From Nitrospirota bacterium (GTDB taxonomy: Bacteria; Nitrospirota; UBA9217): 64,000 bases of DNA. The notes beneath the pieces are model-generated. The model saw only the letters and a list, made by a program, of their open reading frames with translations, was not told the origin of the DNA and did no database searches. The position numbers and the translations under genes were made by a program. The DNA lies in the NCBI GenBank assembly GCA_963818475.1, contig CAWFSF010000006.1, forward strand, positions 1,024,001 to 1,088,000, read 5' to 3'. Shown here piece by piece: positions 21,159 through 32,744 of the stretch (the stretch's first letter is position 1; each line of letters begins with the position of its first letter).

Positions 21159-21742
21159 ATACTCTCTATCTCATCTGCCAGTCTAGCATTGCGGCGTTTT
21201 CGAAATTCAACCCAATTTTCGTCAAGAGAAATCTTTTTTACAACCTTACCCGGCACACCCACGACCACACTGCAATCAGGCACATCATGAACTACCACAG
21301 CGCCCGCACCGATGATGCAATTGCTTCCAACAGTAAGCCGCCCCTCGCCCCGCACATTACTGATGATCTGCGCTCCTGCGTTGATCTCCGTGTAATCTCC
21401 TATCGTAACATTGGGGCCGCCAATAGTCACACGTTGCATGATCGAGCAGTAGCGACCAACTCTAGCGGTAGGATTTACCACCAAGCCCCGTGCATGACCA
21501 AGGAACAATCCTGACCCGAATTTCGCCTGGGGTCCTATCCAGACCCCTGCAATTAAATCATTCAGCATAGTCAACAAGTATGCCACGGGGCGTAGTAAGC
21601 GGAATTGATAGCACCATTGGCTAACGCGAAATAAGACAACCGTACGGAAATCCGGATAATACAGATATTTCAGTATCCCTTTGCGATTATGGGCCAGACG
21701 AAACACGCGTATGTCTTCTCGAATGATCTTATAAAACTTCAT
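21155..21742 (-). CDS. serine-acetyltransferase-like O-acyltransferase
   Basis: GLFLGH, QRVTIGG, IIGAGAVVVHDVP, GVPGK. Confidence 0.85.
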   Translation of the reverse strand: MKFYKIIREDIRVFRLAHNRKGILKYLYYPDFRTVVLFRVSQWCYQFRLLRPVAYLLTMLNDLIAGVWIGPQAKFGSGLFLGHARGLVVNPTARVGRYCSIMQRVTIGGPNVTIGDYTEINAGAQIISNVRGEGRLTVGSNCIIGAGAVVVHDVPDCSVVVGVPGKVVKKISLDENWVEFRKRRNARLADEIESI

Positions 21743-22707
21743 GGCTTTAACCTTATTTTTTCTTTTCGATAATCAATAAGCGCCTTTGCCACGCTCCTTA
21801 GCGCATCAATCCTGTTATGGACTCCCCACTGAAAACATTTCGACGCAAGAAAGAAGGGGAAAATGCATAAAAAAATCAGTTTGTTTTTTCCGCTGGCATG
21901 TAGCCACATATTTAAAAGGCGGTTTTTGACGATGTGATAAACAAAAAAAACAAGATTCGGGTTTCGTGCGTCAAACACACCCTTGAAGTCACTACTATTT
22001 TTTTGACTTCCTTGTCCAATGTGAAGGACCAGAGCCTGCGGCTCATACCAAATATGCCAGCCTTTCTCCTGAACCCTAAGTGAGAGTTCCAAATCCTCCT
22101 CATACATAAAAAAACGCTGGTCAAACCCTTTTTCCTGAATAAGAAGCGTCTTGCGAATAAGCATGGCGCATCCACTGGCAAAAGTAATATAGCGCGGCAT
22201 TATGGCGGGTTCCGCATCCGCTGGCCCCAGTACGCCCGGCACTCTTCCACTGCCCCTCTTCCAGTCCACCTCTCCTCCGCCATACCAGAGTAGTGCGGGT
22301 GACTCAAAAAGTACAATACGAGGGGACACGATGCCTGCTTCCGGATGTTCATCAAGAGCTTTTTCGAGATGCAGAACCGTATCTTCCTGTATGAATGCGT
22401 CATTATTCAGTAGTAGCATAAACTCGCAATCGGTATGGGCCAGCGCCCAATCTATTCCCAGATTATTGCCGCGGCCAAATCCAAGATTTTCTGGGGCACG
22501 CAGAAGCGATACCCCAGGGAACGGTGTAAGCGCCAGTTCCAGATTAGGATCATCCGGGGTATTGTCCACCACCACAACTGAGAGTGGCACAATTGACTTC
22601 AGTAAAGAGGCTACGCACTTCGTGGTAAGTTCAGTACCATGGTAATTCACGACAATAACAGCTGTTCGAGTAGTTGATATCTCCACTATACATTTATCTT
22701 GCGGCAT
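21739..22707 (-). CDS. GT2 glycosyltransferase
   Basis: VVNY, VVVDN, ENLGFGRGNNLG, LLNND, SGCAMLI, FFMYEEDLE. Confidence 0.9.
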   Translation of the reverse strand: MPQDKCIVEISTTRTAVIVVNYHGTELTTKCVASLLKSIVPLSVVVVDNTPDDPNLELALTPFPGVSLLRAPENLGFGRGNNLGIDWALAHTDCEFMLLLNNDAFIQEDTVLHLEKALDEHPEAGIVSPRIVLFESPALLWYGGGEVDWKRGSGRVPGVLGPADAEPAIMPRYITFASGCAMLIRKTLLIQEKGFDQRFFMYEEDLELSLRVQEKGWHIWYEPQALVLHIGQGSQKNSSDFKGVFDARNPNLVFFVYHIVKNRLLNMWLHASGKNKLIFLCIFPFFLASKCFQWGVHNRIDALRSVAKALIDYRKEKIRLKP

Positions 22708-23971
22708 TCAAACCATCCTTTGGCTGCAATGTCGCGACATACAAAATGGCAACAAGAAGCAGGCCTATCTCTGCAGAGTTCGCAAATCTCCCTGTCGCAA
22801 TCGAGTGGATGGCATAATAGAGAAGCAAGCCCTTCACAGCGTTGACTAGTGCGAAGTTGCCACCCCCAGACCTTGGAATCCATCCAGCATAGCGCCAGGC
22901 GAATAGAAACTGGATGCTAAACAAGATAAGACCGAACACGCCGTATAAATAGAGCACACCGATGATACCGATGTCCGATGGGTAGAACCGTCCTTTGAAA
23001 ACCACATCCGCCAACCGCCACTGTTTGCTGAGATCTCCGTTGCCCATCAGCCAGTGTTTTTCAATATAAGGCCACGCCAGGCGGGTTTCAAAGATGCGCG
23101 CATTTGCCGAAGCATCTGCTGACTCCTCCCCGGTAACCAACACCGTGATGGCATCATTGAATTTCTCTCCAAGTTTTGCCATGTAATCAGGCTTCACGAG
23201 AAAAAGCATCGAGAGCAGCACTACCGATATTATCAGCGCTTTAGGCACCCATAAGATTATTCGTTGAAAAGAACCCCACCGCCAGATAAAATATACATAG
23301 CTTGCGACCATCGCGACCAGAAGTGATCTCTTCCCAATAAACACAAGAAATAAAAGGAAGGGAAAGGCAAACAGATACTGTCTCCAGTCCTTTTTCAAAT
23401 AACCCAAAAACGCATAATAGATAAAACCGAAAATAATGAAAATAGTGTCAAACTTAAACTGCGTCTCAGTGACGTGGCCGCCGCTAACAAATCCTTCTCC
23501 ATATCCGGCAAAACGGCTGGGATCAAATACAAGGGAAATCACCGTATAGAGCGTCAGACTGAACCAGGCAAGCCCCACCAGGGCTCGATCAACATCATTC
23601 AGGGAAAACGAACCCCGTCGAAAATAGTGGAGGAATATCAATACAGATGCCGTAAGTGTTATGTTGCGCCGAGCAAGAATGCCATACACGAGAGGCTGGC
23701 CGAACTCATGTTTTGCCATAAAGGCTGAGACTACAGGCACACATAAAATCAAAAGAATGACATATAGTTCAAGGCGTGCAAAGCGCAAACCATGTTTCAT
23801 GCTGTTAAAAAAGTAAACCGTGACAAGGAACATAAACACAGCGACGATCCACATGTCCTTTAGCACCATGCCGCCGGGAAAATACCGAAACACTTGTAGC
23901 GATAACATAAAGAACAGAGCAAGAAGGATGACCTTCAATATGTTTTTTTCCCCTGTTCCATGATTTACCAC
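22694..23971 (-). CDS. wzy: Wzy-like polysaccharide polymerase
   Basis: About 11 hydrophobic segments, KRS motif, periplasmic loop SANARI..GNG..SDIGIIG; position in the locus. Confidence 0.7.
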   Translation of the reverse strand: MVNHGTGEKNILKVILLALFFMLSLQVFRYFPGGMVLKDMWIVAVFMFLVTVYFFNSMKHGLRFARLELYVILLILCVPVVSAFMAKHEFGQPLVYGILARRNITLTASVLIFLHYFRRGSFSLNDVDRALVGLAWFSLTLYTVISLVFDPSRFAGYGEGFVSGGHVTETQFKFDTIFIIFGFIYYAFLGYLKKDWRQYLFAFPFLLFLVFIGKRSLLVAMVASYVYFIWRWGSFQRIILWVPKALIISVVLLSMLFLVKPDYMAKLGEKFNDAITVLVTGEESADASANARIFETRLAWPYIEKHWLMGNGDLSKQWRLADVVFKGRFYPSDIGIIGVLYLYGVFGLILFSIQFLFAWRYAGWIPRSGGGNFALVNAVKGLLLYYAIHSIATGRFANSAEIGLLLVAILYVATLQPKDGLNAAR

Positions 23972-24129
23972 CAGCCTTATAAATCAACGTGCTTCATGCG
24001 CTCAAGAATATTCTAAAACAATCTTCCCCAGCTATACCACACATTTCCTGCGTAGTTATTTTAAACGCTAAATTACCTTTTAAAGATAATCCACTCCAGT
24101 TTGCACTATCAGCGATTGATAACCGAGAC

Positions 24130-24711
24130 TCATTGAAACGACTTATGAAATCTCAATGTATAACGTAAATCCTTAGTTCTTTCGCCGATTATCTTTGCAG
24201 GAACCCCAGCAACAATCGCATATGGCGGCACATCCTTCGTTACAACGGCCCCCGCTGCGACAACTGCTCCTTTGCCGATCGTAACACCTGGCATAATAGT
24301 CACCCTGCAACTGATCCAGGCATAATCCTCTATTATGACCGGAGCACCTTGGGCCCGAAAATACGGGTCCTGCGGGTCATGCTCCATGGTCCAGATCCAT
24401 ACTCCCATAGAAAGAGAAACATTATTTCCCATAATAATGCCATTTCGAGCATCCATCATAGCATCGTTACCGATGACGCAGTTTCGTCCTATTGACAATT
24501 TCCAAGGCAGAAAGAACCGAGTTCGCCAATGAACGCTTGTTCCTTTCCCTATTCGAATACCAGAACTACGATACACGAGCAAGCGGAACTGATGGAACGG
24601 AACATAGCCCACCATCGTCAGAGTATAAACGAGAATATCTTGAAGCCAGTTTCTGATGATTCGCGCGATTTTACGAGATCGGCTCTGTTGAGGTGGTTTG
24701 ATATTCGCCAT
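24130..24711 (-). CDS. hexapeptide-repeat acyltransferase (WcaF/maltose acetyltransferase-like)
   Basis: [39 protein letters not shown]. Confidence 0.88.
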   Translation of the reverse strand: MANIKPPQQSRSRKIARIIRNWLQDILVYTLTMVGYVPFHQFRLLVYRSSGIRIGKGTSVHWRTRFFLPWKLSIGRNCVIGNDAMMDARNGIIMGNNVSLSMGVWIWTMEHDPQDPYFRAQGAPVIIEDYAWISCRVTIMPGVTIGKGAVVAAGAVVTKDVPPYAIVAGVPAKIIGERTKDLRYTLRFHKSFQ

Positions 24712-24714
24712 GTC

Positions 24715-25365
24715 CTATTTTTCCCGACGCGCTCCTACAAGCGTCCATTGAACTGTAATGAAATCTCTGCAAAAACCTAAAGTTACAGTGTTAATAATAC
24801 GATCCAGACGTCTTCTGAATTCCCCTGATTCACATCGCAAAATTTTCAGACCAGCCTGCTCGAAGAGGCGAATTGCAGTTTTGCGTGTGAAATAGCGTAG
24901 GTGGGTCCGGTCCATTATGCCATGCGAACTATATTCCCACTCTCCTTTACACAGCAACGGAAGGACCACCCCCCAGTACCGCACATTGGGAATAGAAGCG
25001 ATCAAATGGCCGCCTTCCGTCATGAGCAGACTTAATGATCTCAACACACTCCAAGGGTCTCGCAAATGCTCCAGCACATCTCCGCAAATAATATAATCGA
25101 AGGGGCCATATTCGCGCCCAATGGTCTCTAGATCGATAGATTCAATGTCGTCACAAATGACGTGATCGAGAAAGGACTCGGCTAACTTAGCCACTGTCGG
25201 AATAAGTTCGATGCCTATCACCTTTTGTGCAAGACCAAGCTTCTTCAAGTTAGCGCCGAATGTGCCCTCACCGCATCCTACGTCAAGAACTCTTTCAGCC
25301 CCGTGGCTTATATGACAGATCAATTCGGCACGAGAACACCTATAGTACAGAGCAGCATAATCCAT
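24715..25365 (-). CDS. class I SAM-dependent methyltransferase
   Basis: VLDVGCGEG, DVLEHL, SIPNV, GIMDRTHLRYFT. Confidence 0.88.
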   Translation of the reverse strand: MDYAALYYRCSRAELICHISHGAERVLDVGCGEGTFGANLKKLGLAQKVIGIELIPTVAKLAESFLDHVICDDIESIDLETIGREYGPFDYIICGDVLEHLRDPWSVLRSLSLLMTEGGHLIASIPNVRYWGVVLPLLCKGEWEYSSHGIMDRTHLRYFTRKTAIRLFEQAGLKILRCESGEFRRRLDRIINTVTLGFCRDFITVQWTLVGARREK

Positions 25366-25377
25366 CGAACAGATCCT

Positions 25378-25968
25378 TCAGCGGTTTGTCTTAGTATGAA
25401 TCGCATTATCGTAAATTTTGACAAATGTATCAACATTATTGCTCATTAAAAGGTGAACATGGCTCAATATTCTATCCATGGGCCAATCCCACCATCGAAT
25501 AGCGAGAAGTTTGTCGATCACGGCTGGTTCGAATCGGTACCTAATAGTTACAGCGGGATTGCCAGCAACGATTGCGTAGGGTGGAACGTCTTTTGTTACT
25601 ACTGCACCTGCCCCTACAACCGCGCCGTCACCGATCGTTACCCCTGATAGTATCGTCGCTCCATATGCGATCCACACATCGTTGCCTATACGCACATCAC
25701 CTTTTGTGTGTGGATGCCCAGGGATATTTTTGGCAACAGAGAAAAACTTAGAAAACGGATATGTCGAGATCCAATCAGTATGATGTTCTCCGCCAAGAAA
25801 GATGTGAACATCTGATGAGATCGAACAAAACTTACCGATCGAAAAGGTCGACTTCTCTCCACAGTGAAATACTTGTGGAACGCCATAGGTAAAGTCACCA
25901 ACGCTATGTTGACGTAGAAATTTTCTCCGTCTGTATATTCTGATCATATTTCTTAACAGTTTTATCAT
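25378..25968 (-). CDS. CatB/XAT-like O-acetyltransferase
   Basis: [38 protein letters not shown]. Confidence 0.85.
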   Translation of the reverse strand: MIKLLRNMIRIYRRRKFLRQHSVGDFTYGVPQVFHCGEKSTFSIGKFCSISSDVHIFLGGEHHTDWISTYPFSKFFSVAKNIPGHPHTKGDVRIGNDVWIAYGATILSGVTIGDGAVVGAGAVVTKDVPPYAIVAGNPAVTIRYRFEPAVIDKLLAIRWWDWPMDRILSHVHLLMSNNVDTFVKIYDNAIHTKTNR

Positions 25969-26068
25969 TATCAGTCACTACCAGAGAACATCATTTAGCT
26001 GCGGATCTGTATAGCCTGTACTTCATTTTTTATGATATGCCATTGTGCCCTCGCCGCATCGGATAGAT

Positions 26069-26998
26069 CTATGATGCTTCATTTGCCGGACCACCTGCGG
26101 CCCATTTCTTGACCCAATAAGGATCAACACCTGTCAACTTCGCAATTATATCCGCATCACGGCGATACAGCTCTTCAAGATCCTCCCTCACCTTTGGAGA
26201 AAGCACAAAACGGTTATCAAGGCCCGTTTTGACAAGTGACCTGTGCAATCCTAACCAGAATCGGACCCGCCTTCGGTATCTTTCAGGCATGATCTTGCCT
26301 AAGAGCCTCAATCTCGTATTGAAACTCAAACGAGCGACGAACGACAGGATCATATTTACATTTGATCCATGATGCCGTCTGCCAAGATCGGGAATAGCGA
26401 AATGCCGGATGCCGAGAAAATCAAAAATTTTAGCCATAAAAAGATCGGGATGATTTTCAAGATCGTCCGTGAACAATACAAGCATTCTATCCTTCGGAAA
26501 GAGCTTATAGAATTGCGCGAGAATTCTTCCATATTCTCCGAAAACGATGAATTCCTTCCAGTAATCGGGAGATTTTCTTGATGCCTCGAATGAATCCGGT
26601 TTTAATTGTGAGGCAATGGCTTCATCAAAAGTCCGAGTTTCATCGCGAACCCGCGTTGCCATATGATAATGCGAGTAGGCCCTTTCAATAGGATCACGAA
26701 GCACCGCGATGATTCTGGCATTTGGAGTCAGCTCTTTCATTCGCTGAGGCACTTTGGGCGACATCATGTAATGAGGGGTTACCGTGCCTAACAACGGGTG
26801 GTCGCCACAGGAACCGAAGAACTCATTAAAATACCACCCGTATCCTTTCTCAAAGGCATCATCATCGGAAAAAAAAGGGGCTTCCTTCTCCTGCGGCATA
26901 CAGATATCAGGGTGTTGTGATAAATGCTTATATAAAGACGTAGTACCCGCCTTCATCGCCCCGATGACAAAAAAATCAAGGCGTTTGTCGCTCTTCAT
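26069..26998 (-). CDS. sulfotransferase (Sulfotransfer_1; heparan sulfate sulfotransferase-like)
   Basis: FFVIGAMKAGTTSL, HPDI...KE.PFF, TPHY, VLRDPIERAYSHY. Confidence 0.88.
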   Translation of the reverse strand: MKSDKRLDFFVIGAMKAGTTSLYKHLSQHPDICMPQEKEAPFFSDDDAFEKGYGWYFNEFFGSCGDHPLLGTVTPHYMMSPKVPQRMKELTPNARIIAVLRDPIERAYSHYHMATRVRDETRTFDEAIASQLKPDSFEASRKSPDYWKEFIVFGEYGRILAQFYKLFPKDRMLVLFTDDLENHPDLFMAKIFDFLGIRHFAIPDLGRRHHGSNVNMILSFVARLSFNTRLRLLGKIMPERYRRRVRFWLGLHRSLVKTGLDNRFVLSPKVREDLEELYRRDADIIAKLTGVDPYWVKKWAAGGPANEAS

Positions 26999-27001
26999 AC
27001 G

Positions 27002-28357
27002 CTATACGCTCTTCCCTTCACGTGTCTGCAGTCCGATCGGCCAAAATCCCAATCTGTTCTTGACCATTATCGTCATCAAGGCATTTTGCACCACCACTCC
27101 GCACGTGACCGCGATTGCCGCGCCGATAGTACTATAGACGGGGATCAACGCAACGCCCAATGCCGCCGTGACAATGGCGCTGCCGATCGTTACATCCCGA
27201 ACGGTCTTCTCATACCCGGTCATCATAAGCAGATTTGCTACCGCACCGGTTGCGGCATTCACGACCACACCAACCAGGAGGATTCGAAGAATGGAACCCC
27301 CCGCTTTAAAGTCTGGTCCGAACATGGTCATTATGATTTGGGCTACGCCAAATACCGTGCCGGCCAGGGGAACCGCTATTATCGTCAGTGCCAGGGAACT
27401 CCGCCTAGCTAATTTACTCATATTCTCAATATCATTCTGCCGATAAAACGCAGCTATCTTTGGCGACAGAATGCTGATCATCGCCATCAGAGGAAACAAC
27501 AGCAGGCCCGACACCCGGTTTGCCACGTTGAAGATCCCAACGTCCGCGGTTGTTCCCCAGATGCCAAGCATCAAAGTGGCGACCTGCTGAATGACCAGAC
27601 CGGTGAGCGCTACGCAGAAAAGCGGCCAGCTCGATCGGAACAGTGATCTCACGGAAGTTCTCTGCCGGCCGTGCGTCTCCGTTGAGTGAACCGAAGCCTC
27701 TCGATAGGCCTTTGACCAGCACATTCGGGCAGCAACAGCCGCCAGCACCGCGGCGACAGCATACGCAGCAACGGCACCGTTGATCCCCCACAGCGCTGAG
27801 AATGGATAAAGAATCACAAGGGTCCCCAGGGAGACTTGGACCGATTTTATCCACTGTGAGAAAGGAATGCTCTTGATCCCGCGGAGGGCCTCGGCATCGA
27901 TCATCGCAAGGGCGGCAGGCACTACGGTCGCCCCTGCCAGCAGCAAAGGAATTTTCAGGTCTGGCTTATTGAATACCTTGTCAGCCATCCATGGTGCGGC
28001 GATAATGAGCGCGAACGACACGACTAAGGAACTCACTCTAACAACTCGAGTTACCGCACGGTGAACGAAATGTACTGAGTTCCACTCATTTGATGCCGCA
28101 TGGGCTGCCGCAAAACGCACCACCGTATTGTCAAATCCCAGTCTAGCGATGGTCGCGGCTATTGTTGCGACCGACAGGGCAAGGTAATAGACACCCGTTC
28201 CCTCTACCCCGAGATTACGTGCGATGAATACGCTGACCGCGAAGCCCAGAAGCGTCCCCAACGTTAAAATCGTCAATGATGAGAGGGTTTCCGTTAAAAC
28301 CTCCTGCATGTGTCCATCCAGCAGGGAAAAGCGTGATTTAATTGCAGTAAATAACAT
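27002..28357 (-). CDS. wzx: Wzx flippase
   Basis: About 12 TM helices, IARNLGVEGTGVY, VGIFNVANR, LLMMTG, IGAAIA. Confidence 0.85.
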   Translation of the reverse strand: MLFTAIKSRFSLLDGHMQEVLTETLSSLTILTLGTLLGFAVSVFIARNLGVEGTGVYYLALSVATIAATIARLGFDNTVVRFAAAHAASNEWNSVHFVHRAVTRVVRVSSLVVSFALIIAAPWMADKVFNKPDLKIPLLLAGATVVPAALAMIDAEALRGIKSIPFSQWIKSVQVSLGTLVILYPFSALWGINGAVAAYAVAAVLAAVAARMCWSKAYREASVHSTETHGRQRTSVRSLFRSSWPLFCVALTGLVIQQVATLMLGIWGTTADVGIFNVANRVSGLLLFPLMAMISILSPKIAAFYRQNDIENMSKLARRSSLALTIIAVPLAGTVFGVAQIIMTMFGPDFKAGGSILRILLVGVVVNAATGAVANLLMMTGYEKTVRDVTIGSAIVTAALGVALIPVYSTIGAAIAVTCGVVVQNALMTIMVKNRLGFWPIGLQTREGKSV

Positions 28358-29235
28358 CAGTGTGCACCATCAATAAATATCGAAGGGCCGTGAAATGATT
28401 CAGTGGGATGAAATAATTCCGGGGGCGATAACAGCCTATTCAGGAAGTCCCTACCGATCTCTTGTTCAATAATATTCAAACCACTCTCAAGCCAGATCGC
28501 GAGGTTCCGAGCTTTGTGAGCATCAGAGCCGAGATGGTCGTACAGGCCCATTTCAAGCATCCGGAGGGCGCGCATTTTGATCCGTTCTCCGTAAATACCG
28601 GCAAAGCTTCCGATGTTTCCCTGGAACAGGCAGCCCATGGATCGCAGTGAATTTAGCGTTTCCGTATCATCATGAAATGAATATTCCCTCCTGTCGACCA
28701 GGTCAAATGATCTCCATTGCCACGGCCACAGGCCCGATAACCGCCCTTTCCGCCTCTCCGGGAGGATCGCGTCGAACATATCATATCGTTCAGGATGGGC
28801 GATGAGCGGACGTAAATGCTTGACGGTGATTATCCGATATGCTGTTTCCGCCAGGAAGCGGGGCTGGACTTGACGATACGCCTCGATCAGTACGATATTT
28901 TCTTGAAGAGGCAATGGTTTATCAAGGGAGTCCAGCAGGTATTCATCGAGATAGTATTCGGCTGACGCATGGAGCGTGACAGGGCTTCCTATGCTGTCTA
29001 ACGCTGCCTGCAGATCCTGTACAGCATCTTCTATGCGCTCCAGGTTATCATAGGTCCACTTCATTACATGGGGCGTGCAGGATATGTTGGTAAAGCCGAA
29101 ATCGGCAAGGATACGGGCCATTTCCAGTGCTTCACTCATATCACCGGGCCCGTCATCGAGGCCTGGAAGAATGTGGCAGTGGTAGTCCGTAAAAGGGCCT
29201 GGTCTGGTTATTTTTTCAGGAGTCGGTGCATCCAT
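28357..29235 (-). CDS. PHP-family protein-tyrosine phosphatase (CpsB/YwqE)
   Basis: DYHCHILPGLDDG, TPH, IAHPERY, GSDAH. Confidence 0.9.
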   Translation of the reverse strand: MDAPTPEKITRPGPFTDYHCHILPGLDDGPGDMSEALEMARILADFGFTNISCTPHVMKWTYDNLERIEDAVQDLQAALDSIGSPVTLHASAEYYLDEYLLDSLDKPLPLQENIVLIEAYRQVQPRFLAETAYRIITVKHLRPLIAHPERYDMFDAILPERRKGRLSGLWPWQWRSFDLVDRREYSFHDDTETLNSLRSMGCLFQGNIGSFAGIYGERIKMRALRMLEMGLYDHLGSDAHKARNLAIWLESGLNIIEQEIGRDFLNRLLSPPELFHPTESFHGPSIFIDGAH

Positions 29236-31576
29236 GCTCGAATTCCTTTGGGTTTTTGTTTGGCAGGCTCTTCGTTGTAATGTCCATAACCGTAATAATA
29301 TCCATAGCGGTAATATTTTTCACCGTAGTAGCCGTACTTCTGGAGCCCCTCTTCCGACTTATCGTTCAGCACGACACCCGCAATGGGAGCGCCTGCATTC
29401 TGAAGCAGTTCTTTCGCATGGACCGCCGCCTTGATCGGCACTCTGCCGAGTTCCAGGACCATGAATACCATATCGGTCATGCTTGAGAGCAGAAGCGCAT
29501 CCGTGACCGCCAGGACCGGAGGTGCATCAAGGAGAATAACGTCGTAACGATCTCTGAACGTCTGGAGCATGTTTTTCATTTTGTCCGAACCGAGCAATTC
29601 TGCGGGATTGGGGGGCGTCGTTCCTGCGCTGATAAAATCGAGTCCCGGGATCTCGGTATTATGAATAATGGCATCCATATTGGTGTCCCCAGCCAGAAGT
29701 TCCGTCAGCCCTGGTGATTTTGTTATGCCCATAGAGTTTGTGCATGGAGGGGCGCCGCAGATCGCAGTCGAGCAAAAGCACTTTCGCGCCGGTCTGGCTC
29801 AGGATGATGGCCAGGTTGCCGATGATGGTTGACTTGCCCTCATAGGGCAATGAACTCGTGACCATCATCACTTGTCTTTTTTTGCTGATACCGGAGAAGT
29901 GGATGCTGGTCCGGAGACTTCTGAAGGCTTCAGAGATCGATGACTTCGGCTCATAGTGGGTAATGAGCGAAGCGTGTTTTTCATTGTCTCCGCCACCTTC
30001 TGCTGCTGGGATACGTGGGATGACGGCAAGGATGGGAAGATTAAGCTCACGTTTGACAATGTCCGCATCTTTGATGGTATTATCAAGATAATCCTTGGTA
30101 AATGCGACGAACATGCCCGACATCCCTGCGGATAAAAAGCCCAGGATGAGATAAAGAGGGATCTTCGGTTTGATGGGATTTTCCGGCGTGACAGCGGGAT
30201 CTACGATGTCGATATTACTGATGGTCGAGGCTTTCGCAATATTGGTCTCTTCCCGCTTTTGAAGCAAAAACGTGTAAATATCGGCATTTACCTTGAAAAA
30301 CCTGGTTAGGCGCGCCAGCTCCCGTTCTGTCGAAGGAAGTTTTCTCATTTTTGCTTCGTAAATGCCAAGCTGTCGGGTGTAATCCTTTTCCTGTTTGACG
30401 AGGTTCCGGAAACTGGTGTCGTAGGTCATGCCGATCTTGTGCTGCAGTTCATTGATCTGTTCCTGGACCGACTTCACCAGAGGATGGGTGACAGTATAAT
30501 CGTTGAGCAGCGCCTGCTTCTGGATCTCGAGGTCCGCCAGTCTGGATGCTATGCCGGCGATGAGCGGGTCCTGCCTGAATACGACCGGTGAATAGGTCTC
30601 GTTTTTGCTTGCGGCATTCTTAAGCGATTCCAGGGAAAATTCCGCTTGTTTTTTCTGGATTGTAATGCTGGCCCGCTCCTTTTCCGTGTCAGAGAGTTTT
30701 TCTATCAGAGCCAGAACTTCTGTATCCAGTTGCATCACCCCGGTGGTCCGTTTAAATGTCTCCAGGTTCCGTTCGGCAAGTTCCAGGTCCTGCTTTCACT
30801 TTCTCAAGCTGCTGTTCAAGGAACAGGACGGTCCTGTTCGCCTCCTCAGCCTTAAAACTGATCGTCTGCTCGAGATAGGACTGCACCAGATTGTTGACCA
30901 CATCCCGCGCCAGCTCCGGATCGGTGTCTTTGTATGACAGCTTGATGATGTTGGTCTGTTTCGGGCTTTCTTCAGCGGTTACATTCTCACGCAGGACATT
31001 GACGGCGGTCCTGAACGGAATAATGTCAATGCGGGCCCGGTCCCCTGTTTCGCCGCGCAGATCTTCGATGAGAAGGGTCAGATTTTCACTTTGAATGAGC
31101 AGACCGCTTTTCCCGTCACCCACGGATTTTTTTTCCATATCCTGGATCCTGTAGGAGCCGGGTCCGGTAATAGTGATGAAATATGTTTTTGCTGCAGGGT
31201 CAGCAGAAAGATCAACGATCTTGAAGGCGGCATTACCCTTCTCAACGGTCATGGCGAACTGCAGATGGAGTCTTTTGGCGACCTTCTCTGCATTTGTCCT
31301 TGATTTAATGATCTCGATTTCCTGAGCTACAGGACTGGTGCTGGTCTGCAGCAGTTCGTCCAATACGGTCCCTTTACCCTTGTCCTCCTTGAGGCGGAGC
31401 GTGGCAGTCGCTTCATAGACCGGATTCATCAAAAACGTATAGGCAGCGACAGCGAGGAATATGGTGAGAAAGGTGATCGTAAACGCTTTTCTGCGGCGGA
31501 TCAGGGCACTGATGTAATCCTGAAGATTGATCACATCGTCCTGGTTGAAGGGGTCGTTCGTGTTGATATTTTGCAT
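29208..31576 (-). CDS. wzc: Wzc polysaccharide co-polymerase/tyrosine kinase (two apparent +1 frameshifts, ~30795 and ~29733)
   Basis: Three frames join: PVYEATA N-terminus; coiled coil, EAFRSLRT, TSSLPYEGKST, DCDLRRP; PNPAELL, DAPPVLAVTDA, Tyr-rich tail. Confidence 0.88.
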
Positions 31577-31632
31577 GGAGTCCTTAGATCGAGGCTATCT
31601 TGTTGCCGTGATTTAACGCCGAGATGTTCAGC

Positions 31633-32431
31633 TTAGTCATAATTTCTATTAAGAAACTTGATCTGGACAAAGGGTTGCAATATGGCGCTTACGGTGTGAA
31701 GTGATGGAAGGATCTCTGCAAGGGCGTCGTTCCAGTTGCCGAACCGGTTCTTCGGCACATAAATGATGTCCCCGTCCCTCAAGGGGAACGGCAGTGCGTC
31801 GCCTTGAAGGATCTTCTCGAAATCAACGACGAGCAGTTCGCCCTGGGTTGCCGAGAGAGACCTTATGATGCGCACATGGTTCAGATCATAGTAGGAGTCC
31901 CGCAGCTCTGACGTGGCAATGGCCTGGGCCAGGTTCAAACCGTTCTGCATCATGGGGACCGGGCCGGGCCGTTTTACCGCGCCGAAGATGAACACCTGCT
32001 TGGTCCGGTAGTCGGCTATTTCGATGACTGCCCAAGGGTTCCTTGAGATAGGAGGTGAACGCATTCTTCACAGCAGATTGCGCCTGATCCAGCGTGAGGC
32101 CGGCCACCCTGACGCTGCCGACGAAGGGAAGATGGAGATTGCCCGCGCCATCCACCCTGCTCCCCTTGCCACCGGCGACTGTCGAGAACTCCGGCTTTCC
32201 TGATACGTTGACGAACAGGATGTCTCCGGGTCCGAGCAGATACTCATCACGCATCACCACGGTTCCTGTTTCCTGTGAAGTGAGGCTTACGGTTTCCTGC
32301 TCGACAACAGGATTGATCTGTTTGACCGTGCCCGGAGGATAGGTGCTGTAGGGGGCGCAACCGGAAAAGAGCAATAAGAAGAAGCTGCAGGAGCAGAGAA
32401 CAAATCTAAAGGACAGATCACGTTTCATCAA
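31633..32431 (-). CDS. wza: Wza polysaccharide export lipoprotein (apparent +1 frameshift, ~32037)
   Basis: Lipobox FSGC, YLLGPGD, G.LHLPFVG.V.VAGLT, SLBB VFIFGAVKRPG, C-terminal amphipathic helix WNDALAEILP. Confidence 0.85.
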
Positions 32432-32470
32432 TAATGGTTACCTTTTTATTAGAAAGCGTTAAGATGTTGA

Positions 32471-32499
32471 TTTATAACTCTTTGCAGAGAATAAGTCAA
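32471..32499 (-). promoter_or_regulatory. sigma70-type promoter of the EPS locus
   Basis: Minus strand TTGACT-N17-TATAAA, ~40 bp upstream of wza. Confidence 0.6.
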
Positions 32500-32744
32500 C
32501 AAAAGAGCCATCAAACATACGAGCGTAAAAGTTCACATGTTTTTTGCAGAAAGCCGAGATCTTGATGGTCGTCTGAAACCGGCTATCCGTAATACTTTAA
32601 GTTGTGGTATTATAAGGCAATAGGGAGGCAAAGTAAAGGTTGTTGATGGGGTATTTTCAGGGTATTTGTTTTTGGAGTGCGGCAACGATCAGCGTCTCTG
32701 TAGTTGGCAAAGATGATGTAATGCCTGATGATAGGGCTGATTCC

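Noticed and set aside
25378-25968. CatB/Vat-like antibiotic acetyltransferase
   Set aside because: Embedded in the EPS operon among other acyltransferases; a sugar O-acetyltransferase is more likely than a resistance gene
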